A DNA stretch of 64,000 nt, from NCBI GenBank assembly GCA_023454175.1, contig JAEXRW010000040.1:1925-65924 (forward strand), read 5' to 3'. Position numbers and translations under genes: made by a program. A model generated the notes under the pieces. That model made no database searches. It saw only the letters and a program-made list of their open reading frames with translations, and had not been told where the DNA came from. Origin of the DNA: Bacillota bacterium (lineage in GTDB: Bacteria; Bacillota; Clostridia; Christensenellales; JAEXRW01). Positions 35,610 to 44,936 of this stretch are shown one piece after another. The stretch's first letter is position 1; each line of letters begins with the position of its first letter.

Positions 35610-36266
35610 ATGCGTATGAAAATTCAAATGATCAAAAACAGGAGCATGCTTTTTACCGAAACGGTCGGCGGGCCGGATGGCTGGGCGCTGAATATCCACC
35701 TCATCCGGGGGAGCCGGTATGATTACCTCATCGATACAGGCCTCGGCGCCCGCTCCGTCGAACCGGTCATGGAATACTTGGATGTGCATAAACCGCTTTT
35801 CATCATCAATACCCACCACCACTGGGATCACACCTGGGGCAACGGCGCGCTCGAAAGGGCCGTCATCGTGGCGCACGCAGCCTGCCCCGCCCTCATGCAG
35901 GAAAAATGGAGCGGTGCCGTTGAAAAGTTCGGCAGGTTCCAGTCTGGAGAGGTGTCCATGCGCCTCCCCGACCTCCTCTTTGAAAATACGCTCGCTTTCC
36001 CCGGCGACGGTATCCGCCTCTTCCACACCCCCGGCCACACCGAGGATTCCATCAGCATATTGGATGAAAAGGACGGCGTGCTGAATCTGGCGGATAATAT
36101 CGGGGATAACATGGACGAGCTGGTCCCCAGCCTGGCCTGTGATAACGAAGTGTATCGAACAACGCTCGGACTCTATCAGCAGTTGGATTTTGATACTGTC
36201 CTATCAGGCCACAATGTCGTCCTGGGCAGGGAAGTATTGGATAAAATTCTGAACGAACTAAAATAA
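35610..36266 (+). CDS. MBL-fold metallo-hydrolase
   Basis: INTHHHWDHTWGN motif and a later HTPGHT. The alternative ATG 35616 is equally plausible. Confidence 0.85.
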   Translation: MRMKIQMIKNRSMLFTETVGGPDGWALNIHLIRGSRYDYLIDTGLGARSVEPVMEYLDVHKPLFIINTHHHWDHTWGNGALERAVIVAHAACPALMQEKWSGAVEKFGRFQSGEVSMRLPDLLFENTLAFPGDGIRLFHTPGHTEDSISILDEKDGVLNLADNIGDNMDELVPSLACDNEVYRTTLGLYQQLDFDTVLSGHNVVLGREVLDKILNELK

Positions 36267-36420
36267 ACGAGCGGTATCAACAGTCTCCGTTCTTTATATG
36301 GCCTTGAATATTTAACCTCAAATGATATAATTTTGTTGGTATTCTTCTCTGCCTGCCGTTGCTTTTCATCTTTGCAGTACATCCGGCATTTTTTCCTATA
36401 TATATTGGAGTGTGGACTAC

Positions 36421-39400
36421 ATGGTTATTAAGCGTATTGCCCTGGCATGTCTCTCGGTATTGTTGATTCTCAGTCTCCTGCCTACAGCCTCTGCTGCAGG
36501 AATTAGTCTACACGGAAGCAAAATTGCCGGTTTGAAAGCCAGGTATGCATCTGCATCTTCGAGTCCATTCGCTAGTGATGCTTTGCCTGAAGCCGTGGAT
36601 AACAGTACATCAAATTACTTTCCATCGATAGGTCAAGCATATGGATATGATGATATGGAATTTGCAACTACATACTATCTGATGACTTATGAGACTGCTA
36701 AAGCAAGAGATTGGGATGTAAAGGCAGGGGGACATAGTAGAATTTTTTCACCCACATGGACGAAGAACTTATCACATAATGGTAATGCTAGTATAGGAAA
36801 TGCCATTGACATATTATCCAATTACGGAGCTTTGTTTTGGGATGATCTTCCATATTACTCGAGCAGTCAGGCATGGCCAACTACAGCAGAGCAATGGCGG
36901 GAAGCTCTTAGGTACCGAATTAAAAGTGATTACGTTCATGATATTGATTCTCAGTCGTTAAAAGAGTCTTTGAGTGCCGGTAAGATATGCGTGATTGAAA
37001 CTGATATAAATAGTTGGCACTGGGAATCAATTAAAGATAATACAGATTCAACTTCTGACGATAATGAAATTAATAAATTTGCTGCCAGTTACATGGACAA
37101 CACAGACTTTATTTTCGGTGCACTAGTCATCGTAGGTTACAACGATTCAATTTGGATTGACAGGAATGATGATAATACCATTCAACTAGATGAATTAGGG
37201 GCATTTAAGGTAGCAAATTCAGCAGGGACAAGCTGGAAGAATGATGGTTTTGCGTGGTTTGCATATTCAGCTATAAATGATAATGATAATGGACATAAAG
37301 GAATTATTGCTAATAATGGAGCTTTGTTTTTTGAAGCTGATTCAAAAGATTATACCCCCCTTGTTACAGCGGAAATCAATATAACAACAAGTAATAGACA
37401 ATCTCTTCTGGTTTTCAAAGGAATAAATTGGTCTGAAGCTGCTACACCCAACACGCTTGAAGTCGGGGAGCAGTATGGTGCTGGTGGCTTTTTGAAAGTA
37501 TGTAATTATGATAAGGTTTTTTATTATAATGGCGGTTCTTATTCATTACAAGGTAATACAACTTTAGAAACCGGAACGATTGTAGTAGATTTAACAGATT
37601 TAATAAAGGGAGGCGGGGATATTTTCCCGAACAACTGGCAGTCTTACGGAGGACCCTTGAGCTACTGTATTGGAATATACAATCCATATGATGTTTCTTA
37701 TAAAATAAACAGTGTAATATTCCAGATAGAATCAACGGGTGCACGTATCGATGCACAAATACCGGATGATACATTAAGTTATCATGAAATGCAATGGTAT
37801 AATGGTGTTGGAGTCTTAAATCCAGATAAAGCTGCCCCTTATTCCGATCCAAGTATTAATGCTCTTCCATCAATAACTGAAAATGTCCCTGCGCATGCTA
37901 GTTTAAGTCAAGCCTCCCCGGTCGTTGAATGGAAATTTGTCCCGTCAAAAACAGGTTCGTATATTTTCTCCAATGATGGGGGAGAGAATGTAGAATACTC
38001 TATCTTGAACGATGCAAGAAATATCCTTTATACCGGAAATAAATCCCGTGAAGGATGGAGCTTTGCTACTGCTGAATTCATCAGGGCTTCTTTGATCGCA
38101 GGTAAAACATATGTTATTAATATCTCCTTAGGAGGGCCCGTTGCTCCAAGAATAGTTAACGCACTTATAAGGAAAGTTGACTTGCAAAGTGATGCGGATT
38201 TGTTCGGCTATGGATGGGATGGATATAATACATATTTAACGCAACAGTGTCTTTATAATTACGATATCAATCTTTCGCCAGAGGGTGATGGCAGTTTTTC
38301 CATAAGGCCGATTCGGGAATCTGATAACACTTCATTCCTGATTGACGGTGAACAAGTAGGATATAAACTCCTGCTCATGAAATGGCAGGAAACCAAGCAT
38401 ATTCAGATAACTACCACTTCAGGTGATGGGAGCGCCACCAGACAATATAATCTTACTATTAAGAGACCATATTCTACAAATGCAGGGCTTGATTGGGTGA
38501 CTAGTAGTGATGAAAGAGGCTTTCATTGGGAAGATGACTCAAGCTTTAAAACAGATTTGCCAGAAAATGTGGGAAGCGTAACGTTTACACCGCATCCCAG
38601 CAGTAAACATGCATCCTACACCATTGATGGTGTTAAACAAACCAGCAAGACTGTCAATGTAAAAAGAGGCGAGACGGTTACTTCCATCGTTGAGGTGACA
38701 GCGGTAGATGGCATAACGAAAAAGACCTACAGGGTTACGGTCAGCAGGGCGGTCAGACAGCCGCGCCTGATATCATTTGGGCAATCCGTGGGCCAGTTTG
38801 TTGACGGTTCCAAATCGGATCCGCAAGTTTTGGGTGGTAATTTATTGGTGCTTCCAAAAAACTGCTATACCGTGACGCTCACCCCAAAATGTTCTTTTGA
38901 CGGTGTGACAGTTTATTTCGATGGGGTTCCTGCCAAAAGCCGGACGTATACGATAAAACCGAACGTTTTAACGAGTGTGAAAATAAAACTGGCTGCTGAC
39001 GAGGGGAAATCCGTACAGGAATATTCACTGACTATAAAAAATACTGAAACCGTGTATGGTTTGCTTGCTGGCCTGAAAGCTTCATTTGGTAAACTCAGTC
39101 CATCCTTTGATCCTCTGAAGCATGACTATACTTTGACGCTCGACGAAAACATTTCAGCTACCAGGATCACGCCTATCATGGACTATCTTACGACGAAGAT
39201 TACCATCGATGGAAGCCGGGCTACGAGCAAGGCGTATTCATTGTCGCCCGGAACGCATCGGCATGTAACGATCTGTGTATACTACACATCCAGGAAATAT
39301 GGAACATATCACTTAACGATCGTCCGTTCACCCAAAACAAATTCCAGCTTGTCATCGCTCAGCGTCCGATATGGGGTCTTAACCCCCAAATTCGGGCAGA

Positions 39401-39930
39401 ATACCCCAGCATATTCTGTGTTAGTCCCTGCCAACAGGAGTTACGTCACAGTACAGGCAACGAAGGCCGACAAATATGCGACCACTATCATAGACGGATC
39501 AAAAACCTCCCGTAAAAACATCAAGGTTGCATACGGGCAAAAAAAGGTGATTACCGTCACCTGCAGGGCGCAAGCCGGGGGCAGTTACAGTAAAAACTGG
39601 ACCCTCACATTGATCAGGCCGCCAAAAATCAATACATTCGAGGTGAGTCCCAAGATTTTAGGTAAACCGACTGTCCAGACAGGCGTTAAGCCGGTTACGT
39701 TCCTCTATTCTCTTTATGGGGCAGGAGGCAATACAAAGCTGGAGATCCTGACTTCTTCCGGCTGGGTTACTTTGAAGGAAGAATACGTTTCAACGCATAC
39801 CAGGAAGTTTGTTTGGGATGGTACTGTGGGTGGCAGTCCTTTGCCAGCCGGTATCTATACGGTGAGATTAAGCGCATCAAGCAACGGCTATGATTCAGCA
39901 GTTAAAACGATTGCAGTAAGAATCAAATGA
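36421..39930 (+). CDS. secreted, catalytically inactive paralogue of the C1 peptidase/cadherin-like protein (1169 aa) with FlgD-Ig-like C-terminus
   Basis: Track start is GTG 36412; ATG 36421 has better SD spacing (GGAG + 10 nt). Signal peptide MVIKRIALACLSVLLILSLLPTASA. Colinear with 1789..5856, but the Cys motif reads IGQAYGYDDMEFATTYY and the His motif reads FIFGALVIVGYND. Shares VEWKFVPSKTGSY and several LSxL..G.L.P.F modules. AT-rich codon usage. Confidence 0.85.
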   Translation: MVIKRIALACLSVLLILSLLPTASAAGISLHGSKIAGLKARYASASSSPFASDALPEAVDNSTSNYFPSIGQAYGYDDMEFATTYYLMTYETAKARDWDVKAGGHSRIFSPTWTKNLSHNGNASIGNAIDILSNYGALFWDDLPYYSSSQAWPTTAEQWREALRYRIKSDYVHDIDSQSLKESLSAGKICVIETDINSWHWESIKDNTDSTSDDNEINKFAASYMDNTDFIFGALVIVGYNDSIWIDRNDDNTIQLDELGAFKVANSAGTSWKNDGFAWFAYSAINDNDNGHKGIIANNGALFFEADSKDYTPLVTAEINITTSNRQSLLVFKGINWSEAATPNTLEVGEQYGAGGFLKVCNYDKVFYYNGGSYSLQGNTTLETGTIVVDLTDLIKGGGDIFPNNWQSYGGPLSYCIGIYNPYDVSYKINSVIFQIESTGARIDAQIPDDTLSYHEMQWYNGVGVLNPDKAAPYSDPSINALPSITENVPAHASLSQASPVVEWKFVPSKTGSYIFSNDGGENVEYSILNDARNILYTGNKSREGWSFATAEFIRASLIAGKTYVINISLGGPVAPRIVNALIRKVDLQSDADLFGYGWDGYNTYLTQQCLYNYDINLSPEGDGSFSIRPIRESDNTSFLIDGEQVGYKLLLMKWQETKHIQITTTSGDGSATRQYNLTIKRPYSTNAGLDWVTSSDERGFHWEDDSSFKTDLPENVGSVTFTPHPSSKHASYTIDGVKQTSKTVNVKRGETVTSIVEVTAVDGITKKTYRVTVSRAVRQPRLISFGQSVGQFVDGSKSDPQVLGGNLLVLPKNCYTVTLTPKCSFDGVTVYFDGVPAKSRTYTIKPNVLTSVKIKLAADEGKSVQEYSLTIKNTETVYGLLAGLKASFGKLSPSFDPLKHDYTLTLDENISATRITPIMDYLTTKITIDGSRATSKAYSLSPGTHRHVTICVYYTSRKYGTYHLTIVRSPKTNSSLSSLSVRYGVLTPKFGQNTPAYSVLVPANRSYVTVQATKADKYATTIIDGSKTSRKNIKVAYGQKKVITVTCRAQAGGSYSKNWTLTLIRPPKINTFEVSPKILGKPTVQTGVKPVTFLYSLYGAGGNTKLEILTSSGWVTLKEEYVSTHTRKFVWDGTVGGSPLPAGIYTVRLSASSNGYDSAVKTIAVRIK

Positions 39931-39968
39931 TCGGCTTGCTGTAGCTATGAAGTTTCTGGCATCGGTTG

Positions 39969-40000
39969 GAAAGTGCACGTGAAAGGTGCACTTTCTTATT
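39969..40000 (+). terminator. intrinsic terminator of 36421..39930
   Basis: Stem GAAAGTGCAC (39969-39978)/GTGCACTTTC (39986-39995), then TTATT. Confidence 0.65.
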
Positions 40001-40088
40001 GCATATATTTTCACATCTCCCCCTTGTTATCCCTGTTCAAATATGCCCGTATATGCTATAATTTTTTAAAATATCGCGCAGTTGTTCC

Positions 40089-40898
40089 TTGGGGGTATTT
40101 TTTCTTTTGTACGATTTCCATGTCCATACCTGTTTTTCCTACGATGGCAGCGTGCCCCTTTCCGCCTGGGTCTCCGAGGCGCAGGAAAAGGGGCTGCAGG
40201 GGATATGTTTCACTGACCATATGGAGATGTTCCACAATATGCCCGAGTGGGCCACGCCTCTGGACATCCCCGCATACCGCGCCGCTTTCGAAGCGGAAAA
40301 AGCACGCAGCCCCATCCCCCTCTTTTTCGGTATGGAGCTGGGTATGCAGGCCGGTTTTGCCAAAGGCGCCGCGGCCAAAGCGGCGGAAGGCGCGTTCGAT
40401 TTTGTCATAGCCTCCCTGCACCTTTTTAATGGCAGGGACCCCTATTATGAAGACCTTTCCCTGGAGATGGACCGCGAGAGCATTATTGATCTGATGATAT
40501 CCGAGACGATGGCTGCGTTGGAGGATCTGGAATGTTTTTCCGTCCTCGGCCATCTGGACTATATATTCAAACACCATCCCGCAAAGCCCCGCGCGCTGGA
40601 TTATGCCGAGGCCCCGGAAAAGCTGGATGCCCTCCTCCTTTCCCTAATCCAAAAGGGCAAGGGCATCGAGGTCAATACCTCGGGCTACGGGCATACCGGC
40701 AGTTCCATGCCGGGCCGGAGCATTGTGAAGCGGTACCGGGAGCTGGGCGGTGAAATTGTTACGCTGGGGTCCGATTCGCACCGGGCCGGGGAGCTGGGAA
40801 GGGATTTTCGGGAAACCATGGACATGCTGGCTGCTTCGGGATTCAGGTATTATACGTATTTTCAGCATATGGAGCCGTATTTTCTGCCCATTAAATAA
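40089..40898 (+). CDS. PHP-family histidinol-phosphatase-like hydrolase
   Basis: YDFHVHTCFSYDG, CFTDHME, ASLH, LGHLDY, GSDSH metal-ligand motifs. TTG start uncertain (40089 or 40107). Confidence 0.85.
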   Translation: MGVFFLLYDFHVHTCFSYDGSVPLSAWVSEAQEKGLQGICFTDHMEMFHNMPEWATPLDIPAYRAAFEAEKARSPIPLFFGMELGMQAGFAKGAAAKAAEGAFDFVIASLHLFNGRDPYYEDLSLEMDRESIIDLMISETMAALEDLECFSVLGHLDYIFKHHPAKPRALDYAEAPEKLDALLLSLIQKGKGIEVNTSGYGHTGSSMPGRSIVKRYRELGGEIVTLGSDSHRAGELGRDFRETMDMLAASGFRYYTYFQHMEPYFLPIK

Positions 40899-40918
40899 AA
40901 CCGGGAGTGCATGTTGCC

Positions 40919-41416
40919 ATGAAGGTGAGATTCAGCGCCCTCGTCAAGCCCTCGATGAAAAGCTTTGCCCAGTTGGAGCTGCCCCCCTCCGCGGTGAACG
41001 GATTGAAGCTGGAAGGAAACCGCCTTCGCGTCCACGGGACCATAGACGGCTGCAGTTTTTCCGAGGAGATCCATCCCGAGGACAATGGCATGTACGTCAT
41101 ATACCTCACCAGCGTGATCTGCCGCACCATCCGCACCGAGATGGGCAGGACGGTGGATCTCGTGCTGGAAGCGGCGGAGGATGACCGCGCTATCAATCTC
41201 CCCGCGGATTTCAGGCGGGCCCTGGAGATCAATGACGATTCAAGGCGTATGTTCGAGATGTATTCCTATTCCAATAAAAAGGATATCCTTGAGTGGATAG
41301 GGGATGCGCTGACGGAAAATGTCCGTTCCAGCAGGGTAGAGCGCGCCATGGTAAAGCTGGGTCAGGAGTATCTGGAGTACCTGGACAGCCTCCCCAAGCC
41401 CGACGATGATAAATAA
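40919..41416 (+). CDS. DUF1905 / YdeI-OmpD-associated family protein
   Basis: Track start is GTG 40907; ATG 40919 (MKVRFSALV..) is preferred. N-terminal beta-barrel-like part, then DFRRALE...F..YSYSNKKDILEWI. Confidence 0.7.
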   Translation: MKVRFSALVKPSMKSFAQLELPPSAVNGLKLEGNRLRVHGTIDGCSFSEEIHPEDNGMYVIYLTSVICRTIRTEMGRTVDLVLEAAEDDRAINLPADFRRALEINDDSRRMFEMYSYSNKKDILEWIGDALTENVRSSRVERAMVKLGQEYLEYLDSLPKPDDDK

Positions 41417-41422
41417 TAGGAA

Positions 41423-41446
41423 GCGCCCGCAAGGGCGTTTTTTTTG
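41423..41446 (+). terminator. intrinsic terminator (GCAA tetraloop hairpin + T8)
   Basis: GCGCCC-GCAA-GGGCGT followed by TTTTTTTT. It lies in the convergent gap next to the 3' end of 41477..42250. Confidence 0.8.
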
Positions 41447-41476
41447 CTCGCGGGGCTTCCCCTATGGCCCTGCCTT

Positions 41477-42250
41477 CTAAAACCCGCCTGCCAGGACCTT
41501 CTCGTTGCGGATTCGGATATCTTCGGGGACATACTGCTCATAGGCGGCTGTGAAATTATCCTCGTCCTCAGGCCCTTCATCCGGGACTTGCAGCACGGTG
41601 AACCACCGGTTCAGCAGGCAGAAATGGCCGATCAGCCATGTCAGTTCCACGATCTGGGAATCGATATGGCGGTCCATCTCTTCATCCGAAAGCTTTTTCA
41701 CGCGCGGGTTCCCCCTGTTGTGCAGCCTCAGCACATGCCGCAGGTTCTGGAATTCTTCGTCCGTGACCAGGTGGGCGTCCGTCGTCACTTTTACAGTATA
41801 ATTCAGGATGGCCCGCTCCCGTTCGGTGTATACCTCGGGATGCAGGTGGTGCTCATGCAGGTGCAGCAGTTTCATATGCCCCTCCTCCCGGCGGCCCGCA
41901 TCGGTGAAAAGCTTTGCGCCGATGAAGGAGTGGTGCGTCACGGAATACCGCGATCGGTTTTGCAGGGAAGTTCTGGATATCACCAGTTCCTTGATGAACC
42001 GGTCGTTGAACCCGGCCTCCTGGACATCTCCGCGAAATGTTTCGGCGTCGAAGATGAAGGTGTTGCAGTATTCCACCTCGGTTTGGAGGAGGCGCGGTGT
42101 GTGGGCCATTACCTTGGTCAGGTTGTTCCTGAAATGTCCCCATGTCAGATCGCCCGCAGCCATGCCCGCTTCCGTATAGGGATCGATCTCATCGTGCTGC
42201 AGCGGGCGGATGCGGGTCCACGGTCCCTGGGATATATCGGTCTTTTTCAT
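41477..42250 (-). CDS. AhpD/carboxymuconolactone-decarboxylase-like protein (last gene of the candidate operon)
   Basis: SD AGGAGG. All-helical, His-rich (HLHEHHLH). The CMD-like core recognition (..TSLQNRSRYSVTHHSFIG..) is weak. Confidence 0.6.
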   Translation of the reverse strand: MKKTDISQGPWTRIRPLQHDEIDPYTEAGMAAGDLTWGHFRNNLTKVMAHTPRLLQTEVEYCNTFIFDAETFRGDVQEAGFNDRFIKELVISRTSLQNRSRYSVTHHSFIGAKLFTDAGRREEGHMKLLHLHEHHLHPEVYTERERAILNYTVKVTTDAHLVTDEEFQNLRHVLRLHNRGNPRVKKLSDEEMDRHIDSQIVELTWLIGHFCLLNRWFTVLQVPDEGPEDEDNFTAAYEQYVPEDIRIRNEKVLAGGF

Positions 42251-42320
42251 GGTAGTACCTCCTGTCAGAAATCTTGTTCTTGCTTATCCAAATATATGTG
42301 TCTTAGTGGCCCCGGACTCC

Positions 42321-43970
42321 TCAATACCCCCGAAACAAAAGTTTCTGCTTTTCCTTGGAATGTCCGGGGGTAAAGAATTCCTTTGTCCAGGAATCATCCG
42401 GGGCCAGGTACGTCGAGGGGCGGGTGCCTTTTGCGTATGTCACTTCCGCGTCTCTTGTGATGCCGCGGAAACGGTAGTGATCGAAGAGCCGCATGAATTC
42501 GCCCAGGTAGATATCCATCACGCGCTTGTCTCCCCGGATGATGATCATGTTCTCATCGTTGTTTTTGGTGGAGTTCTCACTGAAATTCGCGGAGCCGGTG
42601 ATGGCCATCGGGTCATCGCCCAGGGGATCGATGAGCAGGTACTTGGTATGGATATACTGGACGTGCTTGTTGAGTCCGGTAAGCCTCTCATCCTTCCATT
42701 TGCCTCTGTACCAGCTTTCCAGCATGTTGCTCTTCAGGATCCCGCCTACGGAGATCATGTTGTCCTGATCCCGTTTGATGATGTCCAGGCTTTCCCCGGC
42801 TTTATCCAGCAATACATACCGGAGGTATGGTTTGTCTTCCTCCAATACAGATCGGAATTGGCTGCATATCCCGAATGCCGCAGTCAGAAAAACGCTGGAT
42901 TTCGCTTCATCCATTTTCCTCGCATACCATTCCAGCGCCTCCAGGGAGGATCTGGGGCTGAAGACCGGATGGATGTATTTCATAGGGGCGTCATCGGCCG
43001 GCAGGGGGCTCGCCTTTTCGTTATAGGGGCGGATCGTTTTCGCACTCGGGTCGCCGCTGAGCATTCTCCAGTATCCGTAATATGTGCCGGCTGTTTCTTC
43101 GTTGCGTATGATATGGCCCACATTGGAATGGCCGTATATCCCGCCTTCGGTTATATTGGTGGATCCCGTCCATACCTGCAGGGGCTTCCCCTCATGCACC
43201 AAAATGACGAATTTGTTGTGTGAGATGGCTGAAGGATCGGCATTGCGCGGGATGGCGTTTGGGTAGATGTCGGCTGTTTTCATCGCCGTGCTGGTTTCCG
43301 CGCCGGGCCCTTTTGCCTTGTTGTCGAAGATGATGCGCACATCGGCGCCGCGGTCCGAGGCCTTTTTGAATTCTTCCAGTACAGGCAGGAAATCGAATTC
43401 GTATACGGAAGCGTATAACCCCCATCCCTTGCCCTCCGCCTGGTTGATAAATGCCACCAGCGCTTCCTGCAGGCCGCGGGACAGCCATTCAAACGCGGGA
43501 GGACCCACTTCGTCGGGCGCGAAATTCCCGAACCTGCGGATATATGCCTGCGATCCCGCAACGCCGCGGTTGAAATACACGGCATGCTCCCCCTGTTCAT
43601 TGTCTTCGGTAGATATGGCGATGCTGATCCCCTTGTCATAGGTCAGTTTGCCCGGCGTTCCGCGCACAGGTGTGATATCATACGTATACGCGTGATCCGG
43701 TTTTGCTGTATAGTCTCCCCAGTTGAAATCCTGTATGGGGTTCCCCCACGTGCTGACCAGAGCGCCCGGAAGATGGGAGGAAGCGTTTATCTTGAAGGTG
43801 AGGAATCCTTTCAGCCAGTAACTCTCATCTTCGGTATGGTCCGTGCGCTTGACCGCGAAGCCCAGCAGCCCTTTTTCCTTTCCGTTTCTGGCGTCCATAT
43901 TCAGCAGCACGGTATTGAGACCGGCGATGGCGTGCACGGAGATGTCGCCGCTGTCGTTTAACCGTCTCAT
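42321..43970 (-). CDS. cytoplasmic PLD-superfamily protein with two HKD motifs and an N-terminal beta-rich domain
   Basis: HKD-1 is HNKFVILV..WTGSTNIT (Asp absent). HKD-2 is HTKYLLID..ITGSANFS (canonical). No signal peptide. The ATG overlaps the upstream stop (ATGA, 43967-43970). Confidence 0.9.
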   Translation of the reverse strand: MRRLNDSGDISVHAIAGLNTVLLNMDARNGKEKGLLGFAVKRTDHTEDESYWLKGFLTFKINASSHLPGALVSTWGNPIQDFNWGDYTAKPDHAYTYDITPVRGTPGKLTYDKGISIAISTEDNEQGEHAVYFNRGVAGSQAYIRRFGNFAPDEVGPPAFEWLSRGLQEALVAFINQAEGKGWGLYASVYEFDFLPVLEEFKKASDRGADVRIIFDNKAKGPGAETSTAMKTADIYPNAIPRNADPSAISHNKFVILVHEGKPLQVWTGSTNITEGGIYGHSNVGHIIRNEETAGTYYGYWRMLSGDPSAKTIRPYNEKASPLPADDAPMKYIHPVFSPRSSLEALEWYARKMDEAKSSVFLTAAFGICSQFRSVLEEDKPYLRYVLLDKAGESLDIIKRDQDNMISVGGILKSNMLESWYRGKWKDERLTGLNKHVQYIHTKYLLIDPLGDDPMAITGSANFSENSTKNNDENMIIIRGDKRVMDIYLGEFMRLFDHYRFRGITRDAEVTYAKGTRPSTYLAPDDSWTKEFFTPGHSKEKQKLLFRGY

Positions 43971-44893
43971 GTCACACGCATCTCGTCTTCTGCCGACCTG
44001 CGGTCCGGGGCGTCAAATATCAGCCACTCGGGGTTCTCCACATACTTGTTTCGTTCCAGGTCATACCGTTTGGGGAGCGCTTCGTTCAGCTTTTCCAGGT
44101 AGGGCAGGAGCGGCCGGCGGGGCGGAAACCGGTCTTCGCGCTCGTCCAGCGGCCCGTAGGCCCAGTTGTATTTACGCATATAGGGTTTGAAGCCAAACCC
44201 GTCAAAGAAGTAATGCGCGTCGATCATGGCCATGTACCACATGCTGGGGATCCCCTGGGGGTTTGTATGCAGCGGCAGTTCGTTCGCCAGCTTTTCCAGC
44301 AGGTCCCCGCCCTTGTTGTCCCGTTTCATCTCCAGATGCTCCTGAAGTTCTTCCAGTGCAGGGTAGGATATGGACGGGCTCACAAAGAGGACGGGTTTAT
44401 TTTCCAGCCGGGCCATGACGATCTCGTGCACTGTCCCGACACTGTAGATGTTGGTGGGGCAATAGGAGATCAGGAAATCGGAGGAGTTCACCATCCGCAG
44501 GTCGATGTGCAGCGTCGGCCAGAATTCGGCGCAGAGTTCCGCACGCACGCGGTCGCCGCGCGGGGAGTCCTCATACGTCCATTCATACCGCTTGTCGGCC
44601 GAGAATTCATCTTCCTTGCCATAATGGGGCATGCCCGCCACTTCCGGTTTGTTCCAGGGGTCGTATACGGTCGTTTGGAATCCCATGAGAAATTGCGATA
44701 GCCTGCTGCGCCATCCCGTGCGCTTTTCCGTTTCCCGGGAGGAAACGAAATCCATCGGTCCGGACAGATATACGCGCGCTTCGGACAGGATCTTCTTCTT
44801 TTGTTCCGCGAGCCCGGATTGGGCAGCCGGCGTGTTTTGCATGTTGCCTGCGCCAGATTGTGATCCGCCAGGATATTCTTCCAGTGTAGCCAT
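43967..44893 (-). CDS. nucleoside 2-deoxyribosyltransferase-like (NDT/N-glycosidase fold) protein with a long C-terminal extension
   Basis: ARVYLSGPMDF and SDFLISYCPTNIYSVGTVHEIVMA resemble the two signature strands of NDT-like Rossmannoid enzymes, with Glu at the nucleophile position. SD GGAGAGG. Confidence 0.65.
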   Translation of the reverse strand: MATLEEYPGGSQSGAGNMQNTPAAQSGLAEQKKKILSEARVYLSGPMDFVSSRETEKRTGWRSRLSQFLMGFQTTVYDPWNKPEVAGMPHYGKEDEFSADKRYEWTYEDSPRGDRVRAELCAEFWPTLHIDLRMVNSSDFLISYCPTNIYSVGTVHEIVMARLENKPVLFVSPSISYPALEELQEHLEMKRDNKGGDLLEKLANELPLHTNPQGIPSMWYMAMIDAHYFFDGFGFKPYMRKYNWAYGPLDEREDRFPPRRPLLPYLEKLNEALPKRYDLERNKYVENPEWLIFDAPDRRSAEDEMRVT

Positions 44894-44936
44894 TGTTTTT
44901 ACCTCTCCAAACGTACATTGAACGGCGCCGGCCGGC

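Noticed and set aside
36270-40088. Calling the AT-rich island a mobile element
   Set aside because: No integrase, transposase, tRNA target, or flanking direct or inverted repeats are visible. Only compositional evidence, so it is reported as a finding, not as a mobile_element feature.
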